The translations under genes were made by a program, and so were the position numbers. DNA of 60,916 nucleotides, counting the filler, from Dirinaria sp. TL-2023a (lineage: Eukaryota): NCBI GenBank assembly GCA_051941275.1. It is 6 parts of 6 records of this genome, joined end to end, with 100 filler letters (N's around TTAATTAATTAA, not from the genome) between each part and the next. Parts side by side here need not be neighbours in the genome. Positions count along the whole stretch, not along the records: positions 10,189 to 20,261 come from JAVEBF010000977.1; positions 20,362 to 30,431 come from JAVEBF010000978.1; 4 more parts are not named here. The stretch is one strand, 5' to 3'. Numbering within the stretch: the first letter of the stretch is position 1; the number at the start of each line of letters is the position of its first letter. Under the pieces are notes generated by a model. The model saw only the letters and a list, made by a program, of their open reading frames with translations. It did no database searches and had not been told where the DNA came from. Of this stretch, positions 11,359-25,549 are shown in pieces.

Positions 11359-11949
11359 TGTGGGCCGGTCTGAACTTGGCATTATTCGGGGATGCTGAAC
11401 AATTGACCGAGAGGGTAGTCAATTGTTGATTGAGGGAGGCTTGGATCGCGGTGATGGACACCGTACAGTACGTCCAGTAGGTGGACTGCAGGCCAAGATT
11501 GTTGCATGCCGAAGACGCAGTGTTTCGATCTGACGTCAGGGATCCTTGACGTAACGGATCTTTAAAGCAGTCCTATCCAAAGTCAAAATCTAGCAGTAGG
11601 ACTCGCTAGTACGCGCTTGGCGGAATTGTAGGCGGTCCGGCAGCTTTCATACGTTTCTTGAATTGTGTGTGTGTGCCAATGTACATAGTTAACCATGTTT
11701 CCAATATGCTATATGCCCATGTAGCTAAAGTGGTATCATACAAGCAATCGTCCGCCATTTCCAAAGGCTGCATGCCCAAGTGACAGAAAATGTCATGCTT
11801 TGGCAGCCTCAGACCCGATCACGCTCGCTCCTAAAACACCTAATGATCCTCAGCTATCCTGCCCTATGCATATGTATGCTGTCGCTTACATCCCATCAAA
11901 TTTATCTCGTACATACAGAGTAAAGAAGTTATGAAAAAGCTCGAGTTTC

Positions 11950-14324
11950 CTACGTCGCTCCGAAGCGGTGGACTTGTCCATGGGCTTCAGCGCTGACCGG
12001 CGTAGGCGTCCGATAAGAATGGCTCAAGGGCGATTGACGCATGCCATGCGTGGGCTCTTCCGCCTTGACCGTAGGAAAGCGTGGGGGTGACGAAGGGGTG
12101 TTCTTCTTCGGAAAGAAGGCTGGGGAAGATTGCTCGGCCACAAGTGAGTGGGACGGCCCAACCCCATACACATGAGGCTTCTTCGAGTGGGTTGCTATGT
12201 GACCTTGCTGGTGTGCGGAGTGGTGCTTCAAGGATCCGATTGTGTGGTCTCGCGCATTCGAGATCGGGATATCGTTGTCATTCGGCACCTCTGGCTGCTT
12301 TATAGGTGTAGAATGTATGCCTCCGCCATTATGACTTGTGCTCGGCTGCACTGCCTGCTCCCCCGCGAGTGGGGTCGGGGCCATTGACGAGTTCGGGCCG
12401 GACTGGGTCTCCGGAATCGTTGACGCAGAACCTTGCGTGCCGGTCAAATCGATGACACGCTTCTGCGGTGCTGGAGTCACTAAAGGAGATTCGGGCCGCG
12501 ACAGAGCGGACCTCTGCCGTTGGAGGTGACTGTGTACGGGATGCTGAGGATTGGCCCACGGATTCTGTTCAAGAAAGCGCTCATCGGCCGCCGATTTCTG
12601 ACGCGAAAGGCTGGAAGAAGCTGTCAAGGTTGGTCGAGATATGGTTGGTTGAGGTTGCGGAGGCTGAAGTGATATCTATACCAATGTCAGTCAGGGGCGC
12701 ACCGAAGAAGACATTGGACTCCCCACTCCCATAGCTTTGAGATCCTCGTCAATCTCGTGTTGCTTCAATTGCTTGAGATCCGGGGCAGCTGGGAAGCCAA
12801 CATGTTTCGCAACGCCGGAAAGTATTGAAACCTCTTTGTTGTACGCAGTCTGCCGTCTTATCTGCTCTGACCTCTTCGTTGGGAAATGGTACATGTAACT
12901 TGCTCCCGTTGTCTCGGTGCTTCTCCTTTCGCGTTGAATCTGGTAGATTTCTTTGTTGAGCTTTTCTAGGTGATTTTCGCGTGTCTGTTGGACGTCAAGC
13001 ATATACTGCGAATGAGCCTGTGCTTTCTCTGCTATGCTCTTCCGTTGTAATGCTTGTAATTTGAACTTGACCAGGGTGTCTTCATAGTGGATTTTCTCAT
13101 CCCGATGCCTGTCGATGACCTCGAGAGCAGTAAGCAGCTCCGGATGCGTCGGAATTGCTGCTTCCAGCATGGCGAGCTCGGCGTCGCAACGCGCGATCCT
13201 CTCGTCATACAGTCTATAACCATCGTTAGCAATATGGCTAGGACTGCCGGTACGATGTATTTACTTTTCTCTCAGGCTTGCGAAACATGACTCAATAGCG
13301 CCAAGGGTATCCTGAGCGCTTTTCTTCTTTGCCACTAAATCGAGTGTCAGCGAAAGGGTCCAGCACATCCTGTGCGCCTGCGAAGCTTCAGTCCACTTAC
13401 AGCTTTCCTCATTTCGAACGCCCATATCGACTTCGGCATCATCAACTCCCTCTTCCATCTCGCCATCCTCGCCATTGCTATCAACTTCACCGACCGTTTC
13501 CGCAGGCTCGACGACGATACCGATTTCCGTATCCGGCCTTTCAGGGGACTGCTCGTGATTGGATTTCACCATCTTCGCTTTCCGCTCATCATTCGAATGT
13601 TCTTGCCCGCTCTCTACGGAATTCTCTCTGTGCAAGTTTTGCTCATCGTCTAGCTCAGATAAAGCAGCTTCATCCCCATCTTCCATGTCTTCGTCTGCAA
13701 TGACTTCACCGAGAGCCTTCCCCTTTGTTGATCCTGAGGGGCTAGCTAAAGGATCTGGTATCGTTTCCGACTGTTCTCTAGATCTTTGAGCGCTCATTAT
13801 GCGAGCTGATCGTTTTCGCTTCCTCGGATAGGAAGTGCTTGAGTTCTCGCTTGAGTCTTCCAGAGACGAGATGTCCGAAGTCTGCAACGCTGTATTTCCA
13901 TCTACTTTGTCTCCAGAAAGTCAGCCGTCGGTGCTCGGGTCTGATCAGGCAGTACCTTACCATGGCTCGGCTCTTCCGTTGACACTGCCAAGTGCTTGAA
14001 TACACTCCCTCCATCTCCTCGATCGCCCAATGATTCTGTAAGTACAATGTTTTGATGTTTGCGGTCTTTGTGGGGTGATTCTTCTAAGCGTTCCGTCTCT
14101 GCTTCGGTGTCACCTGCATCGAGGGCCTGCCCGGCTTGAGCAGAGGGAGAGTCTGCAATTATGCCACCATCCTCAATGTCGCTCAAGCTGCTTGAACGGC
14201 CGTCCGCGTCTCCCATTGTCCCATGGTCTGGATTTGCATTGTATGTAGGGGGGGAGGAAGGGAACTGTTTCTGACTCGTATCGAGCAGTTCAGGACGCTG
14301 TACTGGAGGGCTCGTCGTCATCAT
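11950..14324 (-). CDS. DEP1: Sds3-like family protein, Rpd3L HDAC complex subunit Dep1-like
   Basis: Low-complexity acidic N-terminus (SSSLSDIED, DTEAETERLEESP), then IESCFASLREK|LYDERIA...HPEL...QTAYNKEVSILSGVAKHVGFPAAP; several short introns join the ORF pieces. Confidence 0.8.
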
Positions 14325-15902
14325 GTTGCCGGTCTATATGTTCGTTTGGTTTGAGACTCGGCCCCCGCGGGGCTCCAGCGGTAAGGGGGGGTTGGATGAA
14401 ACTAGGCTGAAGATGGCCGTTTATCGTGGTTTGTACGACTATTAAGCATCAGCGTTCCGTTCTTGCTTAAGAGTCTTCTAGCTAGTGAGAACGGTTGACG
14501 ATCGCTATCTAAGGCGATCCTAAAGCCCCCATCTCAATAGGCGACGGTCTGTGGCTGGATTTACTCTCAGCCAGCCTAATTGAATCCCAATATGATGCGC
14601 AAGCTACCAATTGAGATACCCTATCTCGGCTCTGGGCTCTTGTGCGGGCAGGGTTAGCGCTCATGGCGCAGACTCACATTGTAGGGGTTCAAGAACCAGT
14701 TTTGGGGCATTAAGTCCCGGAGGTATTGTACGGAGGTCTCCAGCGTATCTGATCGAGGGAAATGAGCATTCGCACTCTTTTCAAAAGCCACTGACTGTTT
14801 GCGACAGATGCTGAAATGTGGTTAAAGGACGAGGAGGTGCGTGGATGGTATAGGAGCGAAAAGCCGGTCGAGGATGAATGCAGGAGAGTGCGCAAAGAGG
14901 CTGTGGGAGCGTATATTCTGGGATCATACGAGATCTAGTTTCGCGAAGGCAGCTGAGCTTCAGGATCAAAAATTCAACGTAAGGCAATACCGTGGGTACT
15001 GACACAACGAGTAGAGCCCAAAATGAATATCGTCAGGAACCGCATCACGCAGCTGCCAAGGAATTGCCGAGAGCGGACCCTGAACGGATACTGTTCCGCG
15101 CTCGTGACTACAGTACTGTACTGGTCCCTCGGGCCGATTTCAGGCGAAGGTACGAGTACATTTAGCGAGCAACAGCCAAGGTATCATCACCGCAAATGTA
15201 TGGCGTGAGGTCAACCATTGAAACGAGTAGACCAAGACTTCGAGCATCATCATCAAGCCTTGGACTGCTTTCGAATTGCTGATCTAGGATCTTCGAGTCG
15301 TTTGATTGTTCAGACAAGCGTACTTTATTCGGATGAATAGCAGTACTACCTCCAGTGAGGTCGAAGCAAGCTCGGTGGATCTTGGTGTAAGAAGCGCCCT
15401 TTCTTCCATCCATTATACCTCTCAATCATCTCCCAATGTCGCCGGCTTCGCAAACAAAACATTAACATGAGCCGGCCCGGATAGTGGATCTAGGCTAAGT
15501 TGATAGTTGTCGTTACATACATATCTTGCATTGGATGTACAACAGCACCCTTGAACTAAGTTCGCGACAGCACGCCCCACCAGCCTGTGCTGCATCTATT
15601 TCTAAACAGTGTATGAAATACATCTCTCGCTCCCGCCCTGCTTCCGGCCTGGTTCGGATTTAGCACTCTTTATGCCCGTCTCCTGCAGTTTAAATCCGAG
15701 GCCTCACAAGTCGAGAGTATTTATCTCTTCAGCTGTGTTTCTACAATAGTGACATCCTTTCGAGACCGTACACTCAATTTCACATTTGTCACATACGCAG
15801 TATTGCAAAGTCCTGGCTGGCAGATTGAACTTTCTTCTTTCCCCCCTAAGAGATAGTTAGACTTCTGAGGTTCATTCATTACAATCCATCACTGCCAAGA
15901 GC

Positions 15903-16697
15903 ATGTCTTCCTCTTATCCCAAATATATATCCAAATTGCGCGACGCGCGCGTACTTATCCTTGGAGGGACGTCTGGTATAGGGTTTTGCGTTGCGGAGGC
16001 AGCGCTCGAGCATGGAGCCCAAGTCTGCATCTCGGGGTCCAAGCAAGAGAAGCTTGATCAAGCTATATCTCGCCTCCAGTCAACGTACCCGAATGCACGC
16101 TCCAATGTATTCGGCCAAGTATGCGATCTCTCACAGCCTCAAAACCTTGAGTCCAATCTGCAGACGCTGTTGCAAGTTGCAGCTGGCGACGGGAAAATTG
16201 ACCACATCGTTTTCACGGCTGGCGATGCTATCACCGTTGTACCCATCACCGAGGCCACTATCGACGGTATCTATGCTGGCGGGAACGTCCGATTCCTTGC
16301 TCCATTGATAATGGCTAAGCTTGCTCCCCAGTACATGACTTCGGATCAAAAGTCCTCCATCACCTTGACCGGAGGTGTCAGGTCTCATAGACCTGCGTTG
16401 GGGTGGGCGATCATGTCGGCCTGGGGCTCTGGCATTGAAGGGATGGCGCGAGGGTTGGCCATGGATCTGGCCCCCATGAGGGTCAACGTGGTCAGCCCTG
16501 GTGCAGTACACACCGAACTGTTCGACAGGTTTTCGAGGGAGCAATTGGGAACCATGTTGCAAACCTTCAAAGACGGCACATTGGTCGGCAACGTGGGTAA
16601 ACCGGAGGATTTGGCCGAAGCCTATCTCCACTGCATGAAGGACCATTTCTTGACAGGGACTGTCCTCACAAGTGATGGAGGCATGACGATAAAATGA
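15903..16697 (+). CDS. Short-chain dehydrogenase/reductase, intronless
   Basis: VLILGGTSGIG NAD(P)-binding motif, IDHIVFTAGD, LAPMRVNVVSPGAVHTEL, GTVLTSDGG. Confidence 0.92.
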   Translation: MSSSYPKYISKLRDARVLILGGTSGIGFCVAEAALEHGAQVCISGSKQEKLDQAISRLQSTYPNARSNVFGQVCDLSQPQNLESNLQTLLQVAAGDGKIDHIVFTAGDAITVVPITEATIDGIYAGGNVRFLAPLIMAKLAPQYMTSDQKSSITLTGGVRSHRPALGWAIMSAWGSGIEGMARGLAMDLAPMRVNVVSPGAVHTELFDRFSREQLGTMLQTFKDGTLVGNVGKPEDLAEAYLHCMKDHFLTGTVLTSDGGMTIK

Positions 16698-18077
16698 GCT
16701 ACGAGTCGCAGAGGAGATACAGCTGCTTGTGTAACCAGGGTAATACCCGCAGAGGCCTGAGGGAAGATACTCATTAAGCGCTATCTAGAGTTCGGGTCAG
16801 ATACTGGTGAGAAAGCTTTGTCCCTATATCAATGTTGGTGGATGTGCATATAGTACAAGCATGAATGACAAATATGTGCTATGAGCCTTATATGAGATAT
16901 TCGAAGCCAACGATCAAAAATTTGGAAACTCTATCGGATCACATACTCAACAATTGTAACAACGATCGAAAGAAAGTAGCAATTCCATAATCTAACAGAA
17001 TTCAAAAGTGATGGTGAGAAAATCAAAAGAAGAAAAAAAGGGCGAGTTTTCAAAAAGATAGGTATACCCCTAATCCTTGCCCAAGCGTCAAGATGAAAAG
17101 GTCCAAACTCTTCAGAACTGTCGATGAGGCGCGAATCTATGAAATTGTGCTCACAATGAGGAGAGGAGGGAGTCTTTCAGTATCCAGAGATGATTTATTC
17201 TGGAGGTTTCTACGTGTTATGGCTGGTCGGAACCTTGGGTATGATCGCGTATTTTCTGGATTTCGCTTTTTCGGGTGGGCAGGTTATTGAAGCGCTGTTC
17301 TGAGACCACTGGCTTTTGATAAGTTCACGGTTTGACTAACCTACCATTGTATATCGAATAGCTTTCATCAGAGGTCAAAGCTTGACATGATTCAATGGTC
17401 TGGCCATAGGCTCAGTTGCTCAGCAACTTTTGGAATGTCGCTGCATTGATTTTGTACAGGTTTTATAGTGGAATCGTTCTGCGTTCAATCCGAAGATGAC
17501 CCACGGTTGTATTTTAAGGTGATCTCGACGAGGTCCTATCAAAGCGTAAGACTGACGGAAGTCTGTGAACTAGCGATTTCACTGCCTCCTTGTTATATAT
17601 ATCTTTTACTCCATTTTGTGGCCGCGCGTGTTCTGCCAGAGTATTTCAGTAAAAAAGGGTGAGTTGTACTGTACCTCCTCAGGACCGTATTTTGTACCTT
17701 GAAGTCGGTAAGTGTTTGTCTCCCACTCGCTCCGATTCAAGGAGAGTCCAGGCCTTGGCGCCAAGATATACCTTGGCACTACGGGCACTTCGGGCCCTCG
17801 GCCCCCTCGGCCGTTGAGCCTAAAATATCAAGAAAGTCAAACAAACAGTGCACGAGGGACTCATGGCAGCATCTCATTTGCACTCTCCTGTTCTATACTG
17901 GCTCAACGCTATCAGTCGATAGCGAGACCCGATCTCTCCGGAGGATCAGTAGTCTACGCATGAGACTTATCGGACTGCGACCTGACGGCGCACGAAGCAC
18001 TTGACGTGCCCGCGTGACGCGGACCTTCACACCTACAATTCTACCGGACTGGCGTGGCCTTTAATCGTTGCTTCAGC

Positions 18078-20261
18078 ATGGCTTCTCTTGGGGAAGACCT
18101 TCTTGGGACCGTCAATAAGTTACAAGATCTCGTCTTTAACACCATTGGCAATGATTCTCTCGATCTACCACAAATTGTAAGCCCGAATGGGCGTATGATA
18201 TATGAGAGACTTGTGTGTGAAGCTGACTAGACATAGGTTGTTGTAGGCTCGCAGTCTTCTGGGAAATCATCGGTACTAGAAAATATTGTTGGTCGAGACT
18301 TTCTACCTCGAGGGAGTGGCATCGTAACAAGACGGCCCTTGATCTTACAGCTCATCAACATTCCTAGTGAAAGGGAAGACAAACCAGAAAATGACGAGGT
18401 GCATATACCACACACAGCCGCGAGCGTTGCCGGTCAAGGAGAATGGGCAGAGTTCAACCACCTTGGCGGACAAAAGTTTCGGGATTTTGGCGAGGTTAAG
18501 CGGGAGATAGAAAACGAAACCGCCAGGATAGCGGGGAGCAACAAAGGCATCAACAGGCAACCCATAAACCTTAAGATATATTCGCCGCATGTTCTGAGCT
18601 TAACATTAGTGGATCTTCCGGGTTTAACAAAGGTGCCCATAGGGGATCAGCCGACAGATATTGAAAAACAGACCAGGAATCTCATCTCTGAGTATATCGC
18701 GAAGCCCAATAGTATCATCCTGGCTGTCTCGCCGGCCAATGTCGACATTGTCAACTCTGAAGCTCTGAAGCTCGCTAGACATGTGGACCCTAGAGGCCTG
18801 CGCACGATAGGGGTTCTGACCAAACTCGATCTAATGGATCATGGTACAAACGCGTTAGACATACTTTCTGGCCGCGTGTACCCATTAAAACTTGGCTTCA
18901 TCGGCGTTGTCAATCGATCACAGCAAGATATTCAAGGTAATAAATCGCTAGCCGAGGCTTTGAAGTCAGAGGCAGAATTCTTTAGGCATCACCCAGCGTA
19001 TCGGAACATGGCGAGTCGATGCGGCACACAATACCTTGCAAAAAGCCTGAATACAACTCTCATGGCCCATATCCGAGAGCGGCTACCAGACATCAAAGCA
19101 CGGCTTAACACTTTGATGGGCCAGACTCAGCAGGAGCTCGCCAGCTACGGTAGCGAACAATTTAGTGGAAAAGAGCATCGCGGCTCTCTAATACTCCAGT
19201 TGATGACACGCTTCGCATCCTCCTTTATCTCATCGATAGACGGCACGTCAACCGAAATCTCAACCAAAGAGCTCTGCGGTGGCGCCCGAATCTACTACAT
19301 CTTCAACGACGTCTTCGGGAATTCCCTCGAAACAGTCGAGCCCTCCCAAAATCTCTCTGTTTCTGATATACGAACCGCGATCCGCAATTCGACTGGGCCA
19401 AGACCGAGTCTTTTCGTGCCCGAATTAGCTTTTGAACTCCTTGTAAAACCGCAAATCAAGATGCTCGAAGTACCCAGCCAGCGGTGCGTGGAGCTAGTGT
19501 ACGAAGAACTAATCAAGATTTGCCATACTTGCGGCTCGAATGAACTCTCTCGCTTTCCACGACTGCAAGGAAAACTCATTGAAGTTGTCTCTGATCTCCT
19601 GAGGGAGCGTCTAGGCCCTACTTCCAGCTATGTAGAATCGCTCAATGCCATAGAACGTGCTTACATCAACACCAATCATCCCAACTTCCTTGGCGCTGCA
19701 GCTGCAATGTCATCCGTCATACAGAACAAGCAAGAAAAGGAGAAGAAAGCCGCGTTGGCCGAAGAGAAGAAGAAGCGAGAAAGGCGGCGCATGAAAGAAC
19801 TTGTCGGCGTCAACGGCACTGCCACCCCTGAAGAGGACGAAGAGGTTGAAGACATAAAGGCCAGTCAAACCCTTCCCGTCCGCGGACACCATCCTGCCAA
19901 AGCCAGCAGGAGCATGTCCCCTGCCTTAGGCCGCCAATTCGAAAACTCGCACGGCATCGCAACAACCATGAACGGCGCACGATCTAGCTCGCCACCTCGA
20001 TTCGGCGGTCCAGCGGCAGGCGGCACCGGACGAGATTCATTCCTCAACTACTTCTTCGGCAAAGATGGCGGCCTCCCCCCAGCCAGTGCTCCGCCACCAG
20101 GCGGTACATCGATGAGCAACCGGCACGTCAGCACACACGCAGAACCGAGCTTCAGTCAGAGTATACGGCGGGGCGACAACCGAGTGATGGAACGGGCGTC
20201 GCCGGTGGCCCCACCCTCACATACTTCAGACGACTACGCCAACCGAGACTTTGACTACGAC
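18078..20261 (+). CDS. DNM1: Dynamin-related mitochondrial fission GTPase, 3' truncated at contig end
   Basis: MASLGEDLLGTVNKLQDLVFN, LDLPQI|VVVGSQSSGKSS (intron 18177-18236), LPRGSGIVTRRP, DLPG, TKLD, insert-B RDSFLNYFFGK; GED absent. Confidence 0.95.
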
Positions 20262-20361
20262 NNNNNNNNNNNNNNNNNNNNNNNNNNNNNNNNNNNNNNN
20301 NNNNNTTAATTAATTAANNNNNNNNNNNNNNNNNNNNNNNNNNNNNNNNNNNNNNNNNNNN
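20262..20361. other. Artificial contig linker
   Basis: N44-TTAATTAATTAA-N44. Confidence 0.99.
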
Positions 20362-20827
20362 CTACCCCCCCCATCCCCAAAGGTACCTAGTCTTATTCCC
20401 TGCTGTCATCATGTCTCTCGCTTCCACTCTCCTTCTTTGCCTTCCACCATTTCATCCACCACCATCTTCATCCACTTCAACACCCTTCAGACTACTCTCC
20501 AGGTCACTCCTGAAGATTCACGACGCGTCAATAACCTCCTTGCTAAACTTGGGCATCCAATCTGCCCGCACCTGCATTACTTCCGCCATTAGCTTTCTGG
20601 TGTCCACAAACACGTATGGTACTTTGATAGTCATCTCTATTCTGGGTCTCGCAGAGATCCAGAACTCATCTGATTATCTCTTGGTATCTCTGAACCCTTT
20701 CTCGAATGTTTACGGGCCTAGAGAGCCCGTTCACCTTCTTCTGCTCCGCTGCTTAAGCTGCAAGAGGCACGGCCATTGAAGCGGAGGTCGAGAAGCTGTG
20801 ACAGGTTTTAGTTCCACGCCATCGAAA

Positions 20828-23800
20828 ATGGTCAACTGAAACCTTGTGTTCTTTGTATACAAGGGCTAGACTAAATCTGACTAGGTCCTTTTCAAGCGGA
20901 AACCCCTTCAACGTATCTCGACGCCCCGTGTCCACGATGATCAAGATGTAAGTACTATCAAATCTTAGCCAAGTCATCGATGTTCATCAAAACATTAGGT
21001 CTGGTGGATCGAAGAGACAGAAGAAGTGTTCACAAACTATGAGGACTATCTCCGTCGGTAAGCTCTGAAGCCTGCACCCTGCGAGGAAGTTTAGGGCTAA
21101 CTGTTCACGCTACCCTACTTTAGCATGGACTTTTTCAGACTTGTATTTAAATTCTTTTCGCTTAATCTAGTTGGCCTCTTAGTCCCACTAATCCATCTTA
21201 CAGAGGAATTTCACCTGTGAAATTACCGGACACTCTAACTTGAGCTTCTTCGATGCTTACCGGAGCGAGGTAAGGTCTCACCATACTTAGTCCGGTTGCG
21301 TTGAATATACATAAGCGTTTGCGTCTGTGAAATCCGCCTAACAATATGCAGGTGGACGCGTCGGATGAGGTTGATGATGCCTTCCCAGACGCCTTAAGGG
21401 AACCCATTCTGAGGAAAGTACAGTTCTCTACAGTTTCAAGAATGGATCATCTTGGTACGTAAGAGCAATTCTCTATGAGCAATTCTCTATGAGCAACACG
21501 TGCTGACCATGTGCCATCATAGTCGACCAAGTCTTCGAGGTTCGAGCTCCATAAATCTGGCTAAATTAGTGTCTTTCTTCAGCTTACAGTCACGCAGGAT
21601 TTTAAGGATGATTTCTATCCTGGCGAAGCGGTTACCGTCGTTCTGGATAATGGAGATCGACTTGATGGTCAAATTCGAGAGAAGACGAAATTTCCAGCGC
21701 TTTACCGGAATGACGGCACTATAGAGCGTAAAGCGTTCGCCCGCTATTTCGTAAGCCTGACTAGCCGTCCCAATGAAGAAGCATTGGTAGACGAAGACCA
21801 TATCATCCGTGACAGAAAAACTTTTACCAAACAAAGACTACGCTCATATCTCAAGAACAGCGTTAACCACGAAGCCTGGTCAGGCGCTCCTTGGATAGTG
21901 AAGTCCAAGATTGCCGAAGACTTCCGCATCAGTACGCACGTACCGCCAGAGCTTACATATGAGCATCAGATGGCGCAACGAAAAGCGAACATGTCCTTGA
22001 AGAAAGGAGATCATGATGGGTCTGTCCTTAACTTCTATCCCCCACACAGCCGGCTACCCGAACTCAAGCCCAAGGGTGGCCGAAAGCAGAACGCGCAGGA
22101 GCTCAGAAGCGTCCAATTCGATGAATACCAGCGCGCTTTAGCTGGAAACCCTGCATTTGGCCGGGTGACCCCTCAAGGTCGTCCGATGCAGCTCCCTCAA
22201 TTTCCAAGTGACCACCCAGGATTTCCCGTGAATGGATTTCCAACTCTTGCTGCGAAAGGCCATGCTAAGCCTCCTCCACCACCGCCTCCACCGAAATATC
22301 CTATCGAGGATCTTGAGATCGGACCGAATGCGACTAGGCCTTGCCGTCCACTCCTTAAGTATCTTTCTAGCGACATCCCAGCTTACTGTGAACCGAAAGA
22401 AAGTGTCAACAACGACATTACTATGGACTCGGTTGGATCTCTCCTGGAGACGTGGAACACGTTAAACGTCTACTGCGAAGTCTTTCAGCTTGACTCTTTC
22501 ACCTTCGACGACTATGTGGAGGCACTGCAACTAAAGTCCGATAGCTTTCAGTGCGAGCTTCTGTTAGAGATCCACTGTTCTGTACTGAAAAAATTAGTCA
22601 ATGACGCCAATGACAAAAATGGCCAAGTCCAGGTAACTTTGCCTGCCCAGCCGGACAGCGATGACGACGAATCATCTCAAGAAGAGAGCAAACCACCTAC
22701 ACCAACTCCTGAACCTGAAAAGCCTCCCGCTCGTAGTACCCGTAGCAGTCTGGCAAAGACCGAAGCTGCCGAGCTCAAGGAAGCCGATAAGGTCAGTGTG
22801 ACATCATCCGGCGATCCCAAGCTGCACCGCGCTGCTGAAATGGATCGCTCGACGCGCGGCTATGATTGGAAAATGCGACTTCGAAAGAGGGATTTCGGAG
22901 AAGGTCGGTGGGTAGTAATCATCGTTGGCCTCTTAAACCAACTGTCCGGCAATCCCCGCCTGAAGAGGAGTTGCGATGAGATCCTTGCGAAGCTTGCACC
23001 TCTTGCTGAACAGCCCATCCCAGAGACGGCCATCACTGGTTATCTGAAATTGGACATCAATTCCCGAGTCAAGATCATCCAGATTTTATGTACTCTGTCT
23101 CTGGAGACTAAGGCTGTCAGAAATTATATGGAGGACTGCAACAACCAGATGACTATTTATCGGAAAGAGAGAATCGATGTGCAACGGACGCGAAAAGCTG
23201 CGTAAGTCTATCTTGAAACTTTCTTAGCCCGATTTGCACTGATATCCACAGTGTTGAGGAGCTACGTCTACTTCATGAGAATCGCAAGGCGCTCCAGCCT
23301 GAGAGTAATCCTCCATCGCCGCCTGCAGAGCTCGTCGAGCTTGAAGATAAAATGGAGATTGTTGACGAGGATGAAGTTGATGAGAGTGGTGTTGTGGATA
23401 CGGAAGACGAAGAACCACATCAGGGGCGCTCCCTGCGTCGCGCTAACGATAGGGCCGCGCAACGCAAGCGTAAGCAAGACGAAGATAGAGAACGGAAGGA
23501 AAAGGCCAAGGCCGAAAAGGCGAAGAAACCAAGCAAGCAAGAGAAGCAACTTGAGAAAGTACTTAAGAAGATCGAGGACGTCAAGGAGATGATCAAAGAG
23601 TACGAGGAAGAAGTTGCGACCATAGAAAACGACCTTCGCGAAGCGGACTGCCCCCGCACCAGAAGTCTTGGTAAAGACCGCTTCTGGAACCGTTACTATT
23701 GGCTCGAACGCAATGCGATGCCTTACGCTGGGTTGCCCGATAGCTCGACGGCCAGTGCCGGTTTTGCCAACGGCTGCATCTGGGTACAAGGACCTGATGA

Positions 23801-24365
23801 CCTCGAGCGGCAGGGTTTCATCGAGCTTTCCGATCAAGAGAACGCACAGTACCATCGGGCGTTCCATATGACTGTCCCAGAACGCAAGATGCGAGAAGAA
23901 GGCGCCACGCACGTCTTTACAGCTAAGCAGTGGGGCTTCTACGACGATCCAGACGACCTCGATGCGCTAATTGCCTGGCTCGATATACGAGGCGTACGAG
24001 AAATTAAGCTGCGCAAAGAGCTCCACGCGCAAAAGGAAAAGATCAGTGCTCATATGCTTAAGCGGAAGGAATATCTTTCGAAGAATGACGGCAAGACATC
24101 CGATTCGGATGAGCCGGTAAAGAGGGTATCGACGCGGACAAAGGCTCACATCAATACGCAAGCACGCCGTTGTCTAGCTTGGAAAAATCTCACTGCATTG
24201 AAAGAGGTCGGCCATTTGCACTCAGAACCGAAACCACCAAAGACTGGTAGAGCGACTAAATCCAAAAAGGTGGCGGTTGCGCTAGAGGAAGAAGGTCGTC
24301 AGACGAGAGCCACGAATCGCGCCGGCAAGCCCCTTACAAGACAGGGGACTCGGTACAGCTTCTAA
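20828..24365 (+). CDS. ITC1: ISW2 complex subunit Itc1 (WAC, DDT and WHIM domains)
   Basis: M|VLFKRKP, VWWIEETEEVFTNYEDYL, FTCEITGHSNL (WAC), LLETWNTLNVYCEVFQLDSFTFDDY (DDT), LGKDRFWNRYYW. Exons 20828-20830, 20885-20947, 20999-21057, 21124-21142, 21204-21269, 21352-21454, 21523-21539, 21598-23201, 23252-24365. Confidence 0.92.
21463..21496 (+). repeat. 14-bp tandem duplication in an ITC1 intron
   Basis: GAGCAATTCTCTAT x2 plus GAGCAA. Confidence 0.85.
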
Positions 24366-25549
24366 CGGGACTATTTTCGGTCCTATCTGGAGCTCATGCG
24401 TTTGGGTCCTGTCGTTCACCTAACGCTAGCCCAACTAAGTGGGTTTCCACAATTCACGATAGCCGGATACTGTGATGGCCGAGGGGCCAGATAGCGATTA
24501 GTTATGACGGCTTGTTGATTGATCCATTTCAAGGTTCTTCACAACAGCATCAGCATCTCGAAGAGACATCGACCCGTATCTCATTCAGATGGTTATTTGT
24601 GATACCGGACTCAACATTAATCCGGGGGGTCCCTTATCCTCAGACTGATAGGATACCATCAAGCCAAGAGTGGTCATGATAAACATTTGTTGTAAGGCTA
24701 CTATGACATTCAAAAGAATTATTATGCAGATATCTCGGATTTATATTTGTAAATCAGTCGCTATATAGCTCAAACAATAGCATTAATGCTTTTGCTTCAA
24801 CCAATAACAATGCTGTCTGATGATCGATGCTGACATAAAACGCTGTCGGCCAAATATCGGACCGCGATCTAGACACAACGCTAATTTGATGAACACATGC
24901 TTTATCCATGTATTTGGTCGTTACTGTTACGACTGAAGCTAGCTTATCCTAAGCCTCTGATGGATTGATCCTACTTTATTATTTCGTTTCGATAATACCA
25001 AGGACCTCATATTATCTTTCATACTCCGCATTCATATACAATACCTTAGTCTAATAAGATGCAGGCAAATCAAGGGGCCGGTCGCTCTGAATAGTTCCAC
25101 GTCCTAGACTTCAGCCTCACTTTTCTTTTGTAGTACAAGGGCTGGAAAGCAAGGAGTGGTCGAGTCTCAGTTCGACCCTGGAAGAAAATTTCATTTTTGC
25201 AAAATGGAGAGGGTCTAAAGGTACCTTAGCCGAATCCTGTGTATGCAAGCCACATGCCTTATGTGGTCTAGTAGTGAAGTAGGAGGGGAACCATGAAATT
25301 TGCCGTGTCTACTTGGCTAGGGAGCTCAGCAGGATCCAAGCTATGATGCCGTCGTGACAGTAGCAGCGTCCGTGCCACTCTGCTTTATATTCTACTAATG
25401 ATCCTTTTATTCATAGAAATGGTTGCCGTTAGCATACTAATTTTCACAGGATGGGTTGCTGTGAGCATACCATGTCTCCTTAACATCTTTTCAATCCGTC
25501 TTCTTAATTCCCCCATCTCACTCACAGAGAGCCTCTCCAATTATAAACA

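Noticed and set aside
20411..20779. 122-aa ORF upstream of ITC1
   Set aside because: Low-complexity Ser/Leu-rich translation without motifs; probably promoter or 5' UTR.
23268..23912. Long antisense/overlapping ORFs (also 10601-11245, 30943-31557, 56127-56687)
   Set aside because: Shadow frames of well-supported genes.
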